A stretch of 32,000 nt of DNA. Source: Crocosphaera subtropica ATCC 51142 (lineage in GTDB: Bacteria; Cyanobacteriota; Cyanobacteriia; Cyanobacteriales; Microcystaceae). The position numbers and the translations under genes were made by a program. The first letter of the stretch is position 1. The number at the start of each line of letters is the position of its first letter. The notes under the pieces are model-generated. The model made no database searches and was not told where the DNA came from. It was given only the letters and a program-made list of their open reading frames with translations. Positions 1-9,005 of this stretch are shown one piece after another. Location: positions 630,001-662,000 of the forward strand of contig NC_010546.1 in assembly GCF_000017845.1 (NCBI RefSeq), written 5' to 3'.

Positions 1-634
1 GGAAATGGAAAGTAGTTTACATTATTTTCAATTAGCCTTATTAGTTTCCTGTTTAGAATGGCTTTGGCGTGAGCAAAATGATTTTTTTATTGGAGCCAAT
101 CTCACCATTTATTTTAATCGTCAACAACTCAAAAATAAAGACTTTCGTGGCCCTGATTTTTTCTTAGTTAAACAAACCGAAAAACGTCCCCGAAAATCCT
201 GGGTAACTTGGGAGGAAGGGGGAAAATATCCCGATTTAATTATTGAGTTACTGTCAGAATCAACTGAAAATGTGGATAAAACGATTAAAAAAGACCTTTA
301 TCAAAATCGCTTTCGTACTCCAGACTATTTTTGGTTTTCACCGGATACTTTAGAATTTTCAGGGTTTCGTTTAGTTCAAGGAAAGTATGAAGAAATTGAT
401 CCTAATGAGTTCGGTTGGTTATGGAGTGAAAGCTTAGGATTATACTTAGGAATTTATGAACAACAACTGCGCTATTTTACCCTAGAAGGTCAACTGGTTC
501 CCACCCCCGAAGAAGACGCACAACAACAACGAAAACAGGTTGAACAAGTACAACAACAGGCTAACCAGCAACAACGACGGGCTGAACAGTTAGCTGCTCA
601 GTTAAGAGCATTGGGAATAGAGCCAGAAGCTTAA
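1..634 (+). CDS. Uma2 family (DUF820) PD-(D/E)xK endonuclease, probably 5'-partial at the window edge
   Basis: The frame of ORF 5..634 stays open to base 2. The interior matches the Uma2/DUF820 pattern (FIGANLTIYF, RGPDFFLV, YPDLIIELLSEST..DK..K). The usual N-terminal ~50 aa is missing, so the ATG at 5 is likely internal. The tail is Q/R/A-rich and helical (..QLAAQLRALGIEPEA), as in many cyanobacterial members. Confidence 0.75.
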   Translation, partial: EMESSLHYFQLALLVSCLEWLWREQNDFFIGANLTIYFNRQQLKNKDFRGPDFFLVKQTEKRPRKSWVTWEEGGKYPDLIIELLSESTENVDKTIKKDLYQNRFRTPDYFWFSPDTLEFSGFRLVQGKYEEIDPNEFGWLWSESLGLYLGIYEQQLRYFTLEGQLVPTPEEDAQQQRKQVEQVQQQANQQQRRAEQLAAQLRALGIEPEA

Positions 635-695
635 AAGTATCTGGTTAGAACCTGTAAAGTTAAATTATCGTAAAATTAATCTACAACCTGACAAC

Positions 696-1226
696 ATGAT
701 AAAAATTCTAACACCAAGACTTAAACTAAGGGAATGGAAAGAAGAAGATAAAGAACCATTCTTTAAGCTTAATTCTGATCCTAGAGTGATGGAATTTATG
801 CCAAAACTATTATCAAAAGAAGAAAGCGATAATTTTGTTGAACGTATCAAAACTCATTTTCAGACTTATCAGTATGGACTATTTGCAGTCGAATTAATCG
901 AGAATCAAAACTTTATCGGATTTATTGGTTTATCGATTCCTAAATTTGATGCTTTCTTTACCCCTTGTGTAGAAATTGGTTGGCGTTTAGCTTATGATTA
1001 TTGGGGAAAAGGTTACGCAAGCGAAGGGGCAAAAGCATCTCTTAATTATGGATTTCAAGAATTAAGTTTATCAGAAATTGTTTCCTTTACTTTTCATGAT
1101 AATGTTCGTTCTCGTCAGGTGATGGAACGCATTGGTATGAAATATATGGGTGAATTTAATCATCCAGCATTACCGAAAGGACATCCGTTAGAAAAGCACG
1201 TTTTATATAAAATAATGAATAAATAA
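696..1226 (+). CDS. GNAT family N-acetyltransferase (RimJ/RimL-like)
   Basis: 176-aa ORF with a typical Acetyltransf_3 layout: LTPRLKLREW..., IGFIGL..., IGWRLAYDYWGKGYASEGAKA, SRQVMERIGM. Confidence 0.8.
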   Translation: MIKILTPRLKLREWKEEDKEPFFKLNSDPRVMEFMPKLLSKEESDNFVERIKTHFQTYQYGLFAVELIENQNFIGFIGLSIPKFDAFFTPCVEIGWRLAYDYWGKGYASEGAKASLNYGFQELSLSEIVSFTFHDNVRSRQVMERIGMKYMGEFNHPALPKGHPLEKHVLYKIMNK

Positions 1227-1231
1227 TAAAT

Positions 1232-3937
1232 TTATAGCCAATTTCCAACAAGAGTATAAGCTGACCAATAAAAAGGATGTTTGTACCAACGGTTTTTTAA
1301 CATAGCTAATTGTGCTTGTCTTAAAGCCTCTGCTTTTGATAATTTATTAGTAGATAATTGCTCATAAACTTGAGCCATAATGACTGCAGTAGCTTGGTCA
1401 TTCACTGACCATAATGTGGCTAAGGTACTTCTACCACCAGCACGCACGGCAAACCCTGCTAACCCAAGAGCAGCACGACTATCTCCTGATGCCGTTTCAC
1501 AAGCACTTAAGATTAATAATTCTATGGGTTTGTTTCCTCTGGGGTCATTTTCTTTCAGTAATTGTTCTAATTCTAATACGTTAATATAACTATCCCAAGC
1601 AACGATATAAGTTTGTTCAAATTGAGAACTAAATTGACCATGAGTGGCAAAATGAACAATGGGAAATGACTGATTTTCTAAGATATTTTGTAAATTATCT
1701 AAGGTAAATTCTTCATTTAGTAAAGCAGTGGTCGGAACTTGTTGTTGAATAGCTCTTAATTCTTGTTTAACATAAAATAAAGGAACCAATCCTTCTTGTT
1801 GAAACGTCTCTGTGAGTCCCCCAAAAAGCGTATTTAATCCCTGATTTTGTAGGGGTTTGGGTGATAGTAAACTTAACCCAGGACTTAAGGCTACTCGATA
1901 GTTTTCAATAAGATATTTTTTACCATCATATAAAGCACCCATCGGCGCATTTCTAAATATGCCATCTGGTACAAATACTAAGGTTTTAATTTTATTTTTT
2001 TGTAGTTGATTAACAAAGGGTTGAACTAACCATTGATAGAGAATTTTACCATCATCAAAAAAGGCTCTTTGGCTTCGTATTACTATGTTATAGCGAAATT
2101 GCTTGACTTGTTTTTCTAATTCTTCTTGAGAAATTTCAGTAATATGAACTCGTAAAGATTGATCGGGTAAACTGACTAACACAGCCAAGCGATCGCTTAA
2201 AATGATAGGATAAACAATTGCAGCAGTATCATCAATTTCAGCTACATCTACTGGTTCACTTTCGACACAAATATCATTAAAAAAGTCGTTCAATTGCGCT
2301 GCTTGTAGGGCTTCAACTTGTTGACGAGCTTCTTCTAAGGTTTCTTGGCTAACAATTTCTTGATTATTTCTTGGTAATAATAAACTTAATAATTGTCGAT
2401 AAATGGGTTCTACTTTCTCCTGAAAAGAGAATTTATACTCTCTATTATTAGCTAAATCATCTCTTAAAGTTTCAAGGGTTGTAACGGCTCCTAAATACGC
2501 AGAAATAGCTTCTTTTTCAAATCCCAACCCATAGAGAATTCTTCCGAGTTGCCATTGTAATATATAAGTTATACTGGAACTTTGTCTGGATTGAGATTTT
2601 ATTAAAGCTTGTTCTGTTATTTGTTTGGCTTTTTCATTTAATTGTTGATTGTTTAAATTAATTTTATTAATATCAGTAAATTTATAGGTTTTAGAACAAT
2701 CGAATACATCACTTACCGTTATATGATCTAGTTGACAAGTTTTAGTTAAGGCAAGTTTTTCATACAGTTTTCCTCTATCACCAAGTGCATAAATAATTCC
2801 TTTATCATAGTTAAGACTTTCAGCTTCTTTTTGAGCTTTTTCTAATAAGTTTTTAATTTTTTTCCAAGGGGGCAATAAATCAGATGAATCAGCGATATTA
2901 CTCCATTTTAATAAAAGGTTTGCTAGGTAAATTTGACTATCAACTTTAGTTTGATTTATAGGGAATTGTAATAAATCATTTTCTATATCAATTAACAGCT
3001 TTTGTATTTCTATCCATGCTTGTTGGTTGATTAATAAATTTAATTGAGCTAATTTATTTTTGATTTTAATTTCTAAGTTATTCGCTATTATTATAGCCTG
3101 TTGATAATTCTCCTTTGCTCCTTGAATGTCATTTTGTAATTCTAAGTTTTGTCCTAAGTTAAAGAAAATGGAGGCTTTTACCTCCGAAGAAGAAACTTGA
3201 GATAAAATTTTATTCAGTATTCCTTGAGAACTTTCTAAATTACCCTGTTGACGTAAAATTTGTGCTAAAGTTAGCCATCCAGCTTGTTCTAAAGAGGTTA
3301 AATCTTGAGATAATGAAGAACTAATATTATCTAAATTCAATTCATAACATTTCAACATATTGCCGAGTAAATTATTAGCTAATTTTTGACAAGCTTTTGT
3401 ATATAATCCTAGAGATTGTAACGATCTAGCTTGATTAATATTTGTGCGTAAAATACCAGTATTATCTTTAATTTTTTTATAGGTTTCTGTGGATTTTTCC
3501 CAACTGTATAAAGCGGCCAAAGGATCACCTTTAGCTAATAATAAGGTTCCTTGAATATTTAAAGCTTCAGCTAAAATAGGAAGGGTTTTATTATCCTGGG
3601 ATTGAGAGTTTAACAACGCCAAACTGCTATGAATAGAATGGTCTGCTTGTTCCCATTGTCCTAATTGACTATAAGCTAAAGCAAGATAACTTAAAACTCT
3701 CCCTTGACTCAAGATATCCCCTTGTTGGCGATAATCTTGTAGAATATTTAACCAAGTTGCGATCGCTTGGTCAATATCTCCTTGTTGATACCATTCTCTG
3801 CCTTGTTGTTCCTGTATCAAAACAGGCGCAGTTCCTAGGACTCTATTCCCAGGAAGAATAGACCAAGAAAAGGTTAAACTTAAGCTTAGGAATAATAAGA
3901 GTAAAAAACGAACCACAGAGCCTATAATAAAAAGCAT
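1232..3937 (-). CDS. TPR-repeat / CHAT-domain (caspase-like) protein with N-terminal signal or anchor
   Basis: The long ORF is 1232..3982. The ATG at 3937 gives MLFIIGSVVRFLLLLFLSLSLTFSWS, a hydrophobic leader. Several TPR-like units follow (YQQGDIDQAIATW, ALAYSQLGQWEQA, NLGQNLELQNDIQGAKENYQQA). The C-terminal CHAT domain has a His (VHFATHG, ~1638-1660) and a Cys (LSACETA, ~1491-1512). Confidence 0.85.
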   Translation of the reverse strand: MLFIIGSVVRFLLLLFLSLSLTFSWSILPGNRVLGTAPVLIQEQQGREWYQQGDIDQAIATWLNILQDYRQQGDILSQGRVLSYLALAYSQLGQWEQADHSIHSSLALLNSQSQDNKTLPILAEALNIQGTLLLAKGDPLAALYSWEKSTETYKKIKDNTGILRTNINQARSLQSLGLYTKACQKLANNLLGNMLKCYELNLDNISSSLSQDLTSLEQAGWLTLAQILRQQGNLESSQGILNKILSQVSSSEVKASIFFNLGQNLELQNDIQGAKENYQQAIIIANNLEIKIKNKLAQLNLLINQQAWIEIQKLLIDIENDLLQFPINQTKVDSQIYLANLLLKWSNIADSSDLLPPWKKIKNLLEKAQKEAESLNYDKGIIYALGDRGKLYEKLALTKTCQLDHITVSDVFDCSKTYKFTDINKINLNNQQLNEKAKQITEQALIKSQSRQSSSITYILQWQLGRILYGLGFEKEAISAYLGAVTTLETLRDDLANNREYKFSFQEKVEPIYRQLLSLLLPRNNQEIVSQETLEEARQQVEALQAAQLNDFFNDICVESEPVDVAEIDDTAAIVYPIILSDRLAVLVSLPDQSLRVHITEISQEELEKQVKQFRYNIVIRSQRAFFDDGKILYQWLVQPFVNQLQKNKIKTLVFVPDGIFRNAPMGALYDGKKYLIENYRVALSPGLSLLSPKPLQNQGLNTLFGGLTETFQQEGLVPLFYVKQELRAIQQQVPTTALLNEEFTLDNLQNILENQSFPIVHFATHGQFSSQFEQTYIVAWDSYINVLELEQLLKENDPRGNKPIELLILSACETASGDSRAALGLAGFAVRAGGRSTLATLWSVNDQATAVIMAQVYEQLSTNKLSKAEALRQAQLAMLKNRWYKHPFYWSAYTLVGNWL
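2189..2196. repeat. HIP1 palindrome GCGATCGC
   Basis: Exact 8-mer read in the sequence. Confidence 0.95.
3759..3766. repeat. HIP1 palindrome GCGATCGC
   Basis: Exact 8-mer read in the sequence. Confidence 0.95.
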
Positions 3938-4156
3938 TTTACTTATATTTGTTGACCTCGGTTGTGTCAGATTAAGGATCAATCCACTTTAAAATAACAC
4001 TGCTGATAATCTAGAGATTTTCTATAAAATTTTCAGATCCACAACCCGATCACATTATTCTAAGATTAAGACAGGGTAAACTGCTCATTCGACAACTCCA
4101 TTCTCTGTGGCTAACCCCAACCCATTCCCGAAATGATTTTGAACACTTCAAAAACT

Positions 4157-4678
4157 ATGAAACATACCCTTTCTGTCCTAGTTGAAGATGAAGCCGGCGT
4201 TTTAACCCGTATTGCGGGTTTATTTGCTCGTCGTGGGTTTAATATTGAGAGTTTAGCCGTCGGTCCAGCCGAACAACCTGGCATTTCTCGCATTACGATG
4301 GTTGTTCCTGGAGATGATAGCACGATTGAACAATTAACCAAACAACTCTACAAATTGATTAACGTCCTTAAAGTCAACGATATTACCCAAACCCCTTGCG
4401 TAGAAAGAGAACTGATGTTAGTCAAAGTGAGTGTTACGGCCACTAACCGTGCTGAAGTGTTAGAAGTAGCTCAGGTTTTCCGAGCTAGAATTGTAGATAT
4501 TTCTGATGATACAGTCACTGTAGAAGTGGTGGGTGACCCCGGAAAAATGGTGGCCATTGTCCAAATGTTGAATAAATTTGGCATTCGGGAAGTAGCACGG
4601 ACTGGAAAAATTGCCTTAACCCGTGAATCGAGAGTTAATACCGAATATCTCAAGTCCTTAGAAGCTAAAATTCAGTAG
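4157..4678 (+). CDS. ilvN: Acetolactate synthase small (regulatory) subunit
   Basis: [36 protein letters not shown] is the canonical ACT-domain N-terminus of IlvN/IlvH. The ORF track starts 8 codons earlier (4133); the ATG at 4157 matches the usual ~172-aa length. Confidence 0.9.
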   Translation: MKHTLSVLVEDEAGVLTRIAGLFARRGFNIESLAVGPAEQPGISRITMVVPGDDSTIEQLTKQLYKLINVLKVNDITQTPCVERELMLVKVSVTATNRAEVLEVAQVFRARIVDISDDTVTVEVVGDPGKMVAIVQMLNKFGIREVARTGKIALTRESRVNTEYLKSLEAKIQ

Positions 4679-4956
4679 ATTAGCCTGTTACTTAATCTAA
4701 ATTTAGGGATATCCCCACTAGATAGGGTATTAGCTCCCTAGTCTGCCTCTCATCTCAAGTTGTACTATAGTATTAAGAGTGGAGTTGCAATACTCCTGAT
4801 ATACCTCCTTAATTATTAATTAGATAAGGAAAATAGTCAGGAGTTAAAACAAAGCTAAATATCAAATGCTAGATTACATCAATAATCTCTATTCGTCTAT
4901 GCGATAGGGTTATCCAAGAACTATAATCAATAGGAGTGTTTAAGAGATTAGCAATT

Positions 4957-5181
4957 ATGAGTAACATTGACGACCAAATCCAACAAGAAAGAGAAAACGC
5001 AAAAAACGTCTGTAGCACTGAAGGTAGTGATTCTGGAAATTGTGCAGCTGCTTGGGATGCAGTAGAGGAACTTCAAGCAGAAGCTTCCCATCAACGTCAA
5101 AAACAAACCCCCAAAACTAACTTTGAACAATATTGTGACGACAATCCTGATGCAGTTGAATGTCGAGTTTATGATGACTAA
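4957..5181 (+). CDS. cp12: CP12 (Calvin-cycle GAPDH/PRK regulatory protein)
   Basis: Contains AAWDAVEELQAEASHQ and the C-terminal Cys pair YCDDNPDAVECRVYDD, which are CP12 signatures. The ATG at 4957 (MSNIDD..) is preferred over the GTG at 4936. Confidence 0.85.
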   Translation: MSNIDDQIQQERENAKNVCSTEGSDSGNCAAAWDAVEELQAEASHQRQKQTPKTNFEQYCDDNPDAVECRVYDD

Positions 5182-5236
5182 AAACAATAAGTATTTTAAT
5201 TGGCTTATTGTTCTTTAAATTTATCTAAAGCTCACA

Positions 5237-5274
5237 GCAGTGAAGATTACCTGTAATTTTCACTGCTTTTTTTT
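5237..5274 (+). terminator. Rho-independent terminator after cp12
   Basis: Perfect 8-bp stem GCAGTGAA / TTCACTGC (5237-5244 and 5259-5266) followed by T8 (5267-5274). Confidence 0.75.
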
Positions 5275-5581
5275 AGGGAAAAGCTAAAATGGTAGAGACG
5301 TTAATTAAGAAATGGATGGAGGGATATAATCAGAGCAAAGAAAAGCCACAGTAAAATAAAGATAAGATGACTTTTACCGTTGTTAAGATAATAAAGTCTA
5401 TAATCTTACCTTTCAACGCAACAACTTGTTAGAAAGTCTTAAGAAAGGGACTTAAATCCTGGTTATAAAAACAACTTCTAACTGATGACTTCTGATTTTA
5501 GACTTCGTTAACAGTGGTCAAAAGATCAGAAAAATCTTAAACTAAACAAATGTTAAATATTTCATAATCCATTAATTTATT

Positions 5582-6667
5582 ATGTCGGTTCTGGCAGCGA
5601 TCGCAGTTTTAATCATATTAATTGTTGTTCATGAGTTGGGTCACTTTTCAGCAGCTAGGTTACAAGGAATCCATGTAACTCGCTTTTCCATTGGATTTGG
5701 CCCTGTTTTAGCAAAATATAAGGGAAAAGAAACAGAATACACCCTTTGCGCCATTCCTTTAGGGGGATTTGTCGGATTTCCTGATGATGACCCTGAGAGC
5801 AATATTGCTCCAGATGACCCGGATTTACTCCGTAATCGTCCCATTTTTGATCGTGCCATTGTGATTAGTGCCGGCGTTATCGCTAATCTTATTTTTGCCT
5901 ATTTTCTCTTGGTGGGACAAACCGCTACCATCGGGGTTCAAGAGTTACAACCAGGTTTAAGCATTCCCCAAGTGGACGAAAATTCTGCGGCCATGGTAGC
6001 CGGTATCGAATCAGGTGATGTCATCCTTTCAGTGGATAATCAATCCTTGGGAGATTTTCCCGATGCGACCACCCTATTTATTGAAAAGGTTAAAAATTCT
6101 GCGGGTCAACCCCTGGATTTAAAAGTTGAAAGAGAGGATAAGATTGTCGATTTAACGGTCATTCCCGAAGCGAATGAGGAGGGAGAAGGAAAAATCGGAG
6201 TCGCATTGTTACCTAATGTACAATTAAACCGTTCTCAAAATTTACTCGAAGCTTTCAGTTATAGCGCGGAAGCTTATCAAAATGTCACCATGTTAACCTT
6301 GCAAGGATTTTGGCAATTAATCAGTAATTTTCAAGAAAATGCCAAACAAGTTGCAGGCCCTGTGAAAATTGTTGAATATGGGGCGAGTATTGCTGAAAAT
6401 AATCTGGGGAATTTATTTCAGTTTGGGGCTTTAATTAGCATTAATTTAGCCATTATTAATACCCTTCCTTTACCGGCTTTAGACGGGGGACAATTAGTCT
6501 TTTTATTAATTGAAGGTTTGTTAGGTAAACCCTTACCCCTAAAACTTCAAGAAGGTATCATGCAAACGGGTTTAGTGTTACTCCTTAGTTTAGGTATCTT
6601 TATCATTATTCGGGATACGGTTAATTTAGCAGTTGTTCAAGATTTAATTCAACAAATTGGCTTGTAA
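5582..6667 (+). CDS. rseP: RIP (site-2) zinc metalloprotease RseP family
   Basis: HELGH zinc motif at the N-terminus, a central PDZ-like segment (AGIESGDVILSVDN), the C-terminal NTLPLPALDGG motif, and multiple TM segments. Confidence 0.85.
   Translation: MSVLAAIAVLIILIVVHELGHFSAARLQGIHVTRFSIGFGPVLAKYKGKETEYTLCAIPLGGFVGFPDDDPESNIAPDDPDLLRNRPIFDRAIVISAGVIANLIFAYFLLVGQTATIGVQELQPGLSIPQVDENSAAMVAGIESGDVILSVDNQSLGDFPDATTLFIEKVKNSAGQPLDLKVEREDKIVDLTVIPEANEEGEGKIGVALLPNVQLNRSQNLLEAFSYSAEAYQNVTMLTLQGFWQLISNFQENAKQVAGPVKIVEYGASIAENNLGNLFQFGALISINLAIINTLPLPALDGGQLVFLLIEGLLGKPLPLKLQEGIMQTGLVLLLSLGIFIIIRDTVNLAVVQDLIQQIGL
5597..5604. repeat. HIP1 palindrome GCGATCGC
   Basis: Exact 8-mer read in the sequence. 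Confidence 0.95.
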
Positions 6668-6692
6668 GCTTAAACGAATTAATATAATCAAG

Positions 6693-6721
6693 AGAGATGG
6701 TAGCTTTACCGTCTCTTTTTT
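6693..6721 (+). terminator. Rho-independent terminator after rseP
   Basis: 10-bp stem AGAGATGGTA / TACCGTCTCT with one G-U pair and a 4-nt loop, followed by a T-run at 6716-6721. Confidence 0.65.
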
Positions 6722-6769
6722 ATTTATAAAGTAGAATAAAATAACTAAACTCTAAGCTAGATTAGCCTT

Positions 6770-7339
6770 ATGCAAGTAACTATACCCAAAAATTTATCCA
6801 TCGAAGATTATTTAAAACAAGAAGAAAAAGCCGACTTTAAAAGCGAGTATATCAACGGAAACATTATTCCTATGGCGGGTGGAACAGTCAATCACAACCA
6901 AATTGCGGTAAATATTACAACCGAACTTAATTATGCGTTTAAAAAGCGAGATTATCGGGTGTATATGGGAGATGTTCGCTTATGGATACCAGAAAAAAAC
7001 ATTTTTACTTATCCAGATATTATGGTGATCAAAGGTGATCCTATCTATTACGAAAATCGTAAAGATACTATTTTAAATCCTAGTTTAATTATAGAAGTTT
7101 TATCCCCTTCTACCAAAAATTATGATAAAGAAGGCAAGTTTTCTGCTTATCGAACAATTCAAGGATTTTCAGAATATATTTTAGTCAGTCAAACTAAAAC
7201 TTATGGGGGAAAATTCACAAAAACTGACGCTAAAACATGGTTATTTCAAGAATTTTATGAAGAAGATCAAACCATAACAATACAATTGGAAAATATATCT
7301 TTGCAGTTTGATGACATTTATCATAAAGTTGATTTTTAA
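6770..7339 (+). CDS. Uma2 family (DUF820) endonuclease
   Basis: Full-length 189-aa ORF with the family pattern YINGNIIPMAGGTVNHNQI, YPDIMV, LIIEVLSPSTKNYDKEGKFSAY. Confidence 0.85.
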   Translation: MQVTIPKNLSIEDYLKQEEKADFKSEYINGNIIPMAGGTVNHNQIAVNITTELNYAFKKRDYRVYMGDVRLWIPEKNIFTYPDIMVIKGDPIYYENRKDTILNPSLIIEVLSPSTKNYDKEGKFSAYRTIQGFSEYILVSQTKTYGGKFTKTDAKTWLFQEFYEEDQTITIQLENISLQFDDIYHKVDF

Positions 7340-7353
7340 GTTTATATTCACTT

Positions 7354-7383
7354 AAAACAAAAAGAGTCAACCACTGTTGACCC
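7354..7383 (-). terminator. Possible terminator of the methyltransferase gene
   Basis: On the minus strand, GTCAAC-cagt-GTTGAC (6-bp stem at 7366-7381) is followed by TCTTTTTGTTTT. The stem is short, so this is only moderate. Confidence 0.4.
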
Positions 7384-7412
7384 TACAATAATGATTTATT
7401 ATTAATTACCAA

Positions 7413-8363
7413 TTATAATGGTTTTGTAGCAACAATTGTCCGATGACGATGATCACTAGGAACTGTCGTTTGATAATCAAATCCTAATTCTTTTAACGCA
7501 TTTTCCACATTAAAAGTATAATAATCATCACTATGAGGTTCGGTACTTTTCATCAAAGTGAATAAGACCGGTGGTAAGTTTTGAATCACTTCTGATCTAG
7601 GATTATTATCAACAATACCGAGAACACCCCCAGGCCGTAAAAGACGTAACACTTCCTTAAAAATAGCGATCGCAGCATGACGGGGTAATTCATGGAGAAC
7701 AAACTGAATGGTAATAATATCAAAGGAATTATCCGCAAAGTTTGTTTTTTCAGCTAAACCATGTATCCATTGACTAATTTCTTGCTGTTCATCGGTGACT
7801 TTTGCCACTGCTAACATATAAGGAGATAAATCAAGTCCGATGGTATTAATGGGTGTATTTTGTCGTTGGCTATAGTAACGATGCAATTCTTTCGTCGAAA
7901 TGCCAACCGAACAACCAATATCCAGAATATCCTTGACTTGAGGGGGACTATAGGGTTCTAAAACTGCATGAAAACTGGATCGAAGTCGTTTTTGTGCTTC
8001 TTGCCAGGTTAAATCTTCATTTTTCCAGACTCGAAGACCTAAAGACTGGGTAGCCGGAATGGCTTCAAAAGAAGCTTTCCAGCATAAGTTACCTTCTTCG
8101 TAAGCATGAAAAGGAACCAGATAATAGTCAGGATAGACTACATCCGGGTTCGTCATTTGTCTGAGTAAGCTTTTAGCGGGGGATTTTTCTAAGGTTTGAC
8201 AGTTTCCTTCCCAAGAAATGCCATTTTTTTCTGCTGTTTTGATAATAACTTGTCTCGCTTGGTGGGTCATGAGGCGATAAATAGGCTTTGTTTTGATCAT
8301 TACATTGACAAAGCGCGAGAGAAAATCATCACCTGTCCAGTCAGGTTTAACTTTATCGGCCAT
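7413..8363 (-). CDS. Class I SAM-dependent methyltransferase (Methyltransf_11-like)
   Basis: Motif I ILDIGCSVGIST and post-I/II motifs (GLDLSPYML, FDIITIQFVLHELP, LRPGGVLGIVD). The substrate is not inferable. Confidence 0.8.
   Translation of the reverse strand: MADKVKPDWTGDDFLSRFVNVMIKTKPIYRLMTHQARQVIIKTAEKNGISWEGNCQTLEKSPAKSLLRQMTNPDVVYPDYYLVPFHAYEEGNLCWKASFEAIPATQSLGLRVWKNEDLTWQEAQKRLRSSFHAVLEPYSPPQVKDILDIGCSVGISTKELHRYYSQRQNTPINTIGLDLSPYMLAVAKVTDEQQEISQWIHGLAEKTNFADNSFDIITIQFVLHELPRHAAIAIFKEVLRLLRPGGVLGIVDNNPRSEVIQNLPPVLFTLMKSTEPHSDDYYTFNVENALKELGFDYQTTVPSDHRHRTIVATKPL
7666..7673. repeat. HIP1 palindrome GCGATCGC
   Basis: Exact 8-mer read in the sequence. Confidence 0.95.
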
Positions 8364-8479
8364 AATTTGAAAATGAGGGTTGATGGTTTGAAGATACTTT
8401 TAACTATATCACTATTCAGTAATATAAGGTATTTTGTTGATGAAACTAAGCCATTGGACTTATGTAATCCTAAAAATAG

Positions 8480-8487
8480 GCGATCGC
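8480..8487. repeat. HIP1 palindrome GCGATCGC
   Basis: Exact 8-mer read in the sequence. Confidence 0.95.
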
Positions 8488-8573
8488 TTTAGTATTTCTT
8501 ATTCTAATATTGAATAGTTTCGGATGTTCAAAATATTAGTTACAACGTTAATAACTTTAGGAGACAGCATAAC

Positions 8574-9005
8574 ATGGAAGAATTATTTGAGCTAAAAAAG
8601 ATGTTACTCGCAGGAAATATTGATGATGCTTTGTTGTTAGTAGAGGAACTAACAGAAATGAGTAAAGATGATAAACTCAATAAGATTTTTAGTTTCAGTA
8701 TAATTTTATTGTTACATCTCATTAAAAAACGAGCAGAAAAACGTAGTACCCGTTCATGGGAAACCTCTATTGCTAACTCTGTGCGACAGATTCAGCGAAC
8801 AAATAAAAGACGTAAAGCTAAAGGAAATTATCTGACTTCAACAGAATTAATAGAAACGTTAGAGGATGCTTACGCTTCAGCGTTAAGACAAGCAGCTTTA
8901 GAAGCATTTGAAGGGAAATATGAAGCAGAAGAACTTAATGAAATAGTTGATAAAACTGCTATTATTGATGAAGCAATAGAATTAATTGGGTTCTACCGAA
9001 CTTAG
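8574..9005 (+). CDS. DUF29-like helical protein (hypothetical)
   Basis: The 143-aa ORF follows an AGGAG about 12 nt upstream. Its layout resembles DUF29: LLLHLIKK....RSTRSWETSI...RQIQR... then LEDAYASALRQAALE. The assignment is from pattern memory only. Confidence 0.5.
   Translation: MEELFELKKMLLAGNIDDALLLVEELTEMSKDDKLNKIFSFSIILLLHLIKKRAEKRSTRSWETSIANSVRQIQRTNKRRKAKGNYLTSTELIETLEDAYASALRQAALEAFEGKYEAEELNEIVDKTAIIDEAIELIGFYRT

Noticed and set aside
1232-3937. The TPR-CHAT protein as part of a type III-E CRISPR (Craspase-like) module.
   Set aside because: There is no CRISPR array, gRAMP/Cas7-11 or other cas gene anywhere in the window. The protein also carries an export-type leader.
3938-3982. 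TTG-initiated 15-codon N-terminal extension of the CHAT gene given by the ORF track.
   Set aside because: The ATG at 3937 starts directly with the hydrophobic leader. The extension has no supporting signal.
4133-4156. Eight-codon extension of ilvN (MILNTSKT).
   Set aside because: IlvN/IlvH proteins begin at [12 protein letters not shown].. and the downstream ATG fits the family length.
4679-4935. Possible ncRNA in the 258-nt ilvN-cp12 spacer, which contains the GGGATATCCC palindrome (~4706-4715) and small hairpins such as GGAGT-N6-ACTCC.
   Set aside because: The stems are short and no terminator or recognisable RNA family motif is present. Nothing can be supported without expression or conservation data.
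4936-4956. GTG-initiated extension of cp12 (MFKRLAI).
   Set aside because: CP12 proteins of this size start at MSNI.. and the extension is not family-like.
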